This document shows positions 61,438 to 64,000 of a DNA stretch of 64,000 bases, piece after piece. Position numbers and translations under genes: made by a program. The stretch is from positions 2,976,001-3,040,000 of the forward strand of contig OY969696.1 in assembly GCA_963702005.1 (NCBI GenBank). The letters are read 5' to 3'. The notes beneath the pieces are model-generated. The model ran no database searches. It saw only the letters and a list, made by a program, of their open reading frames with translations, and was not told the DNA's origin. Each line of letters starts with the position of its first letter. Within the stretch, counting starts at the first letter, position 1. Source of the DNA: Candidatus Aminicenantes bacterium (GTDB lineage: Bacteria; Acidobacteriota; Aminicenantia; Aminicenantales; JAFGBC01).

Positions 61438-62439
61438 TCAGCGGATGCCGAAGTGAAAGGGCGTCCGCTCCTCGCTCCGATCCGTGGCCGGGGGCGGCTC
61501 GGGCGAGAGGGCCGAGATCTCGGCCCGGAGCTCAGGCGTCATCGGGATGTCGACGGAGGCGACCGAGCTCCGGAGCTGCTCGATGTTCCGCGCCCCGATG
61601 ATGGGCGCCGTGACGGCCGGGTTGCTTCCGACCCAGGCTACGGCTAGGCTCGCAGGGTCGAACCCGCGCGACCGGGCGAGCTCGACGAAGCGGTCCGCGA
61701 TCTCATAATTCATATTATCGCCGTATCGCGTGACATAAATCTTGTTGCTCACCAGGCGCCCCGCGGCGGGCTTCTTCCCCACCCCATACTTCCCGGCCAG
61801 GAGGCCGCCGCCGAGCGGGCTGTAGGGAATGACGGCCAATCCTTCGGCCTGGGCCATGGGAAAGATCTCCGTTTCGGCCTGGCGTTTGACGAGGTTGTAC
61901 ATGGGCTGGAGGCAGGCGAAAGCCTCCAGGCCCTCCCGCCCGGAGATCCCCAGCGCCTTTTCGACCTGCCAGGCGGCGAAGTTGCTCGCCCCCGTATAAA
62001 GGATTTTTCCCTGGCGGAGGAGGTCGTCCAGGGCCCGAAGCGTTTCCTCGAGCGGGGTTGCGTCGTCGAAGCGATGGATGAAGTAGAGGTCGATCCGGTC
62101 GGTCGCCAACCGGCGCAGGCTTCCCTCGACGGCGTACATGATATGGCGGCGCGAAGCCCCCATGGCGTTCGGGTCCTGGCCCGCCGCGAAATAGACCTTG
62201 CTGGTGATGACGACTTCCTCGCGGCAGTCCTTGATGAGCCTGCCCAGGATCTCCTCGGACTTCCCTCCGGCGTAGACGTCGGCGCAGTCGAAAAAGTTGA
62301 TCCCCTTGTCGCGGCAGTACTTGAAGAGCTCGGCCGAAACCGACTCGTCGGCGTCCCCGCCGAACGACATCGTGCCGAAACAGAGGGCCGAGACCTTGAC
62401 GCCCGTCCTGCCCAGGAATTGATAGTTCATACCGATCAT
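61438..62439 (-). CDS. Aldo/keto reductase
   Basis: LCFGTMSFG, FDCADVY, GSLRRLATDRIDLYFIH, YSPLGGG, PIIGAR. Confidence 0.95.
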   Translation of the reverse strand: MIGMNYQFLGRTGVKVSALCFGTMSFGGDADESVSAELFKYCRDKGINFFDCADVYAGGKSEEILGRLIKDCREEVVITSKVYFAAGQDPNAMGASRRHIMYAVEGSLRRLATDRIDLYFIHRFDDATPLEETLRALDDLLRQGKILYTGASNFAAWQVEKALGISGREGLEAFACLQPMYNLVKRQAETEIFPMAQAEGLAVIPYSPLGGGLLAGKYGVGKKPAAGRLVSNKIYVTRYGDNMNYEIADRFVELARSRGFDPASLAVAWVGSNPAVTAPIIGARNIEQLRSSVASVDIPMTPELRAEISALSPEPPPATDRSEERTPFHFGIR

Positions 62440-62667
62440 TTTATCCGCATCGTTGCGGAGAAAAAAGTGTATTAATTAACTATTTTATTATCATTTAATT
62501 ACAGCAGCCAAGCCGCTGGAAAAACTTGATTTCGGGCGGCTTTTCCTGTATATTAAGCGCTCCTTTTCGGGTTATTCAGCCGCCAAGAGCCAAACCCACC
62601 GACGCTCATTCCGTTGGCATCCTTCATAAGCCCATCCGAAAAGACAATAAACTAGGGATATTTATCC

Positions 62668-64000
62668 ATGACAAGCGACATCGCGACCATGCGCAATATC
62701 GGTATCAGCGCCCACATCGATTCGGGTAAAACGACGCTGACCGAGCGGATCCTATTTTACTGCAAGAAGATCCACCGCATCCACGAGGTCAAGGGCAAGG
62801 ACGGGGTGGGCGCGACCATGGATCACATGGAGCTCGAGCGCGAGCGCGGGATCACGATCACCTTGGCCGCGACCTACGTGGCTTGGGCCGATCATTCCAT
62901 CAACATCATCGACACCCCCGGCCACGTCGACTTCACGATCGAGGTCGAGCGATCCCTCCGTGTCCTCGACGGGGCCGTCCTCGTCCTTTGTTCGGTCGGA
63001 GGCGTCCAGTCCCAGACGATCACGGTCGACCGCCAGCTTAAACGCTACGACGTCCCCCGGATCGCCTTTATCAACAAGTTAGACAGGGTCGGCGCCAACC
63101 CGGTCAAAGTCAAGGAGCAGCTCGTCGAGAAACTCGGCCACAACGCCGTCCTGATGCAGATCCCGATCGGGCTCGAGGACCGGCACAAGGGCGTCGTCGA
63201 CCTCATCTCCCGGAAGGCCTTCTACTTCGACGGCGCCGACGGCGAAATCGTCCGGGTCGAGGATATCCCGGCCGAACTCGCCGCCGAAGCCAAGGCCCGC
63301 CGCGAGGAGCTGATCGACGCCGTGTCGATGTTCTCGGACCGCCTGCTCGAGGCCGCGCTCGAAAACCGGATCACGGACGACCTCATCCACGAGGCCGTCC
63401 GCAAGGGGACGGTCGTCCGCAAGCTGACGCCCGTCTTCATGGGCTCCGCCTACAAAAACAAGGGCGTCCAGCCGCTCCTCGACGGCATCGTCCGCTACCT
63501 CCCCAGCCCGGCCGACGTCGAGAACTGGGCCCACGACAAGGAGGAAGAGGGACGGAAGGTCCCCCTGCGGACCGACGACGGCGCCCCGACGGTCGCCCTC
63601 GCCTTTAAGCTCGAGGACGGCCCCTACGGCCAGCTGACCTACATCCGGATCTACCAGGGCCATCTCGAGAAGGGCGACGAGATCGTCAACACCCGCTCCG
63701 GGCAGAAGGTCAAGGTCGGGCGCCTGGTCCGGATGCACGCCGAGAGCATGGAGGATATCCCGAGAGCCGGAGCGGGCGATATCGTCGCCCTGTTCGGAAT
63801 CGACTGCGCCTCGGGAGACACCTTCGCCGCACCCGGCTTAGACCTGGTCATGACCTCGATCTATGTTCCCGAGCCCGTCATCTCGCTGGCCATCACGCCC
63901 GTCGATAAAAAGGCCCAGGACCGGATCGCCAAAGCCCTCAATCGCTTTACGAAGGAGGACCCGACCTTCCGGACCCACGTCGATCCCGAGTCGCACCAGA
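62668..64000 (+). CDS. fusA: Elongation factor G (partial, runs off the window end)
   Basis: Not in the ORF track. [65 protein letters not shown]. Confidence 0.96.
   Translation, partial: MTSDIATMRNIGISAHIDSGKTTLTERILFYCKKIHRIHEVKGKDGVGATMDHMELERERGITITLAATYVAWADHSINIIDTPGHVDFTIEVERSLRVLDGAVLVLCSVGGVQSQTITVDRQLKRYDVPRIAFINKLDRVGANPVKVKEQLVEKLGHNAVLMQIPIGLEDRHKGVVDLISRKAFYFDGADGEIVRVEDIPAELAAEAKARREELIDAVSMFSDRLLEAALENRITDDLIHEAVRKGTVVRKLTPVFMGSAYKNKGVQPLLDGIVRYLPSPADVENWAHDKEEEGRKVPLRTDDGAPTVALAFKLEDGPYGQLTYIRIYQGHLEKGDEIVNTRSGQKVKVGRLVRMHAESMEDIPRAGAGDIVALFGIDCASGDTFAAPGLDLVMTSIYVPEPVISLAITPVDKKAQDRIAKALNRFTKEDPTFRTHVDPESHQ

Overview
GC-rich bacterial chromosomal segment, probably from an anaerobe (pyruvate:ferredoxin oxidoreductase, rubrerythrin-like protein). 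The gene repertoire tentatively suggests Acidobacteriota/Aminicenantes; this is inference only. Housekeeping anchors are rnpB, nifJ, recR-ybaB-dnaX, two tRNA-Ser genes, tadA, thrC, hom, rocD and a partial fusA. Between them lie secreted glycoside hydrolase-like, beta-propeller and peptidase genes, an RND efflux operon, an ABC transporter, one frameshifted IS with a 16-bp target duplication, and several gene remnants. Most notable: (1) a tightly coupled minus-strand operon (42283-48224) encoding up to five roadblock-like domains, an MglA-type small GTPase lacking the intrinsic Arg finger, a possible DENN-like protein, and a pseudokinase fused to a RomR-like pseudo-receiver; (2) four diverged copies of the junction between the 3' end of an NtrC-family gene and the rnpB promoter/5' end, which partition accessory genes and appear to have been recycled as sigma70 promoters; (3) a ~200-bp structured repeat present twice, with a hairpin conserved in structure but not sequence; (4) an MFS gene whose only full-length canonical start codon lies inside a tRNA-Ser gene. 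All calls come from reading motifs by eye; no database searches were run.
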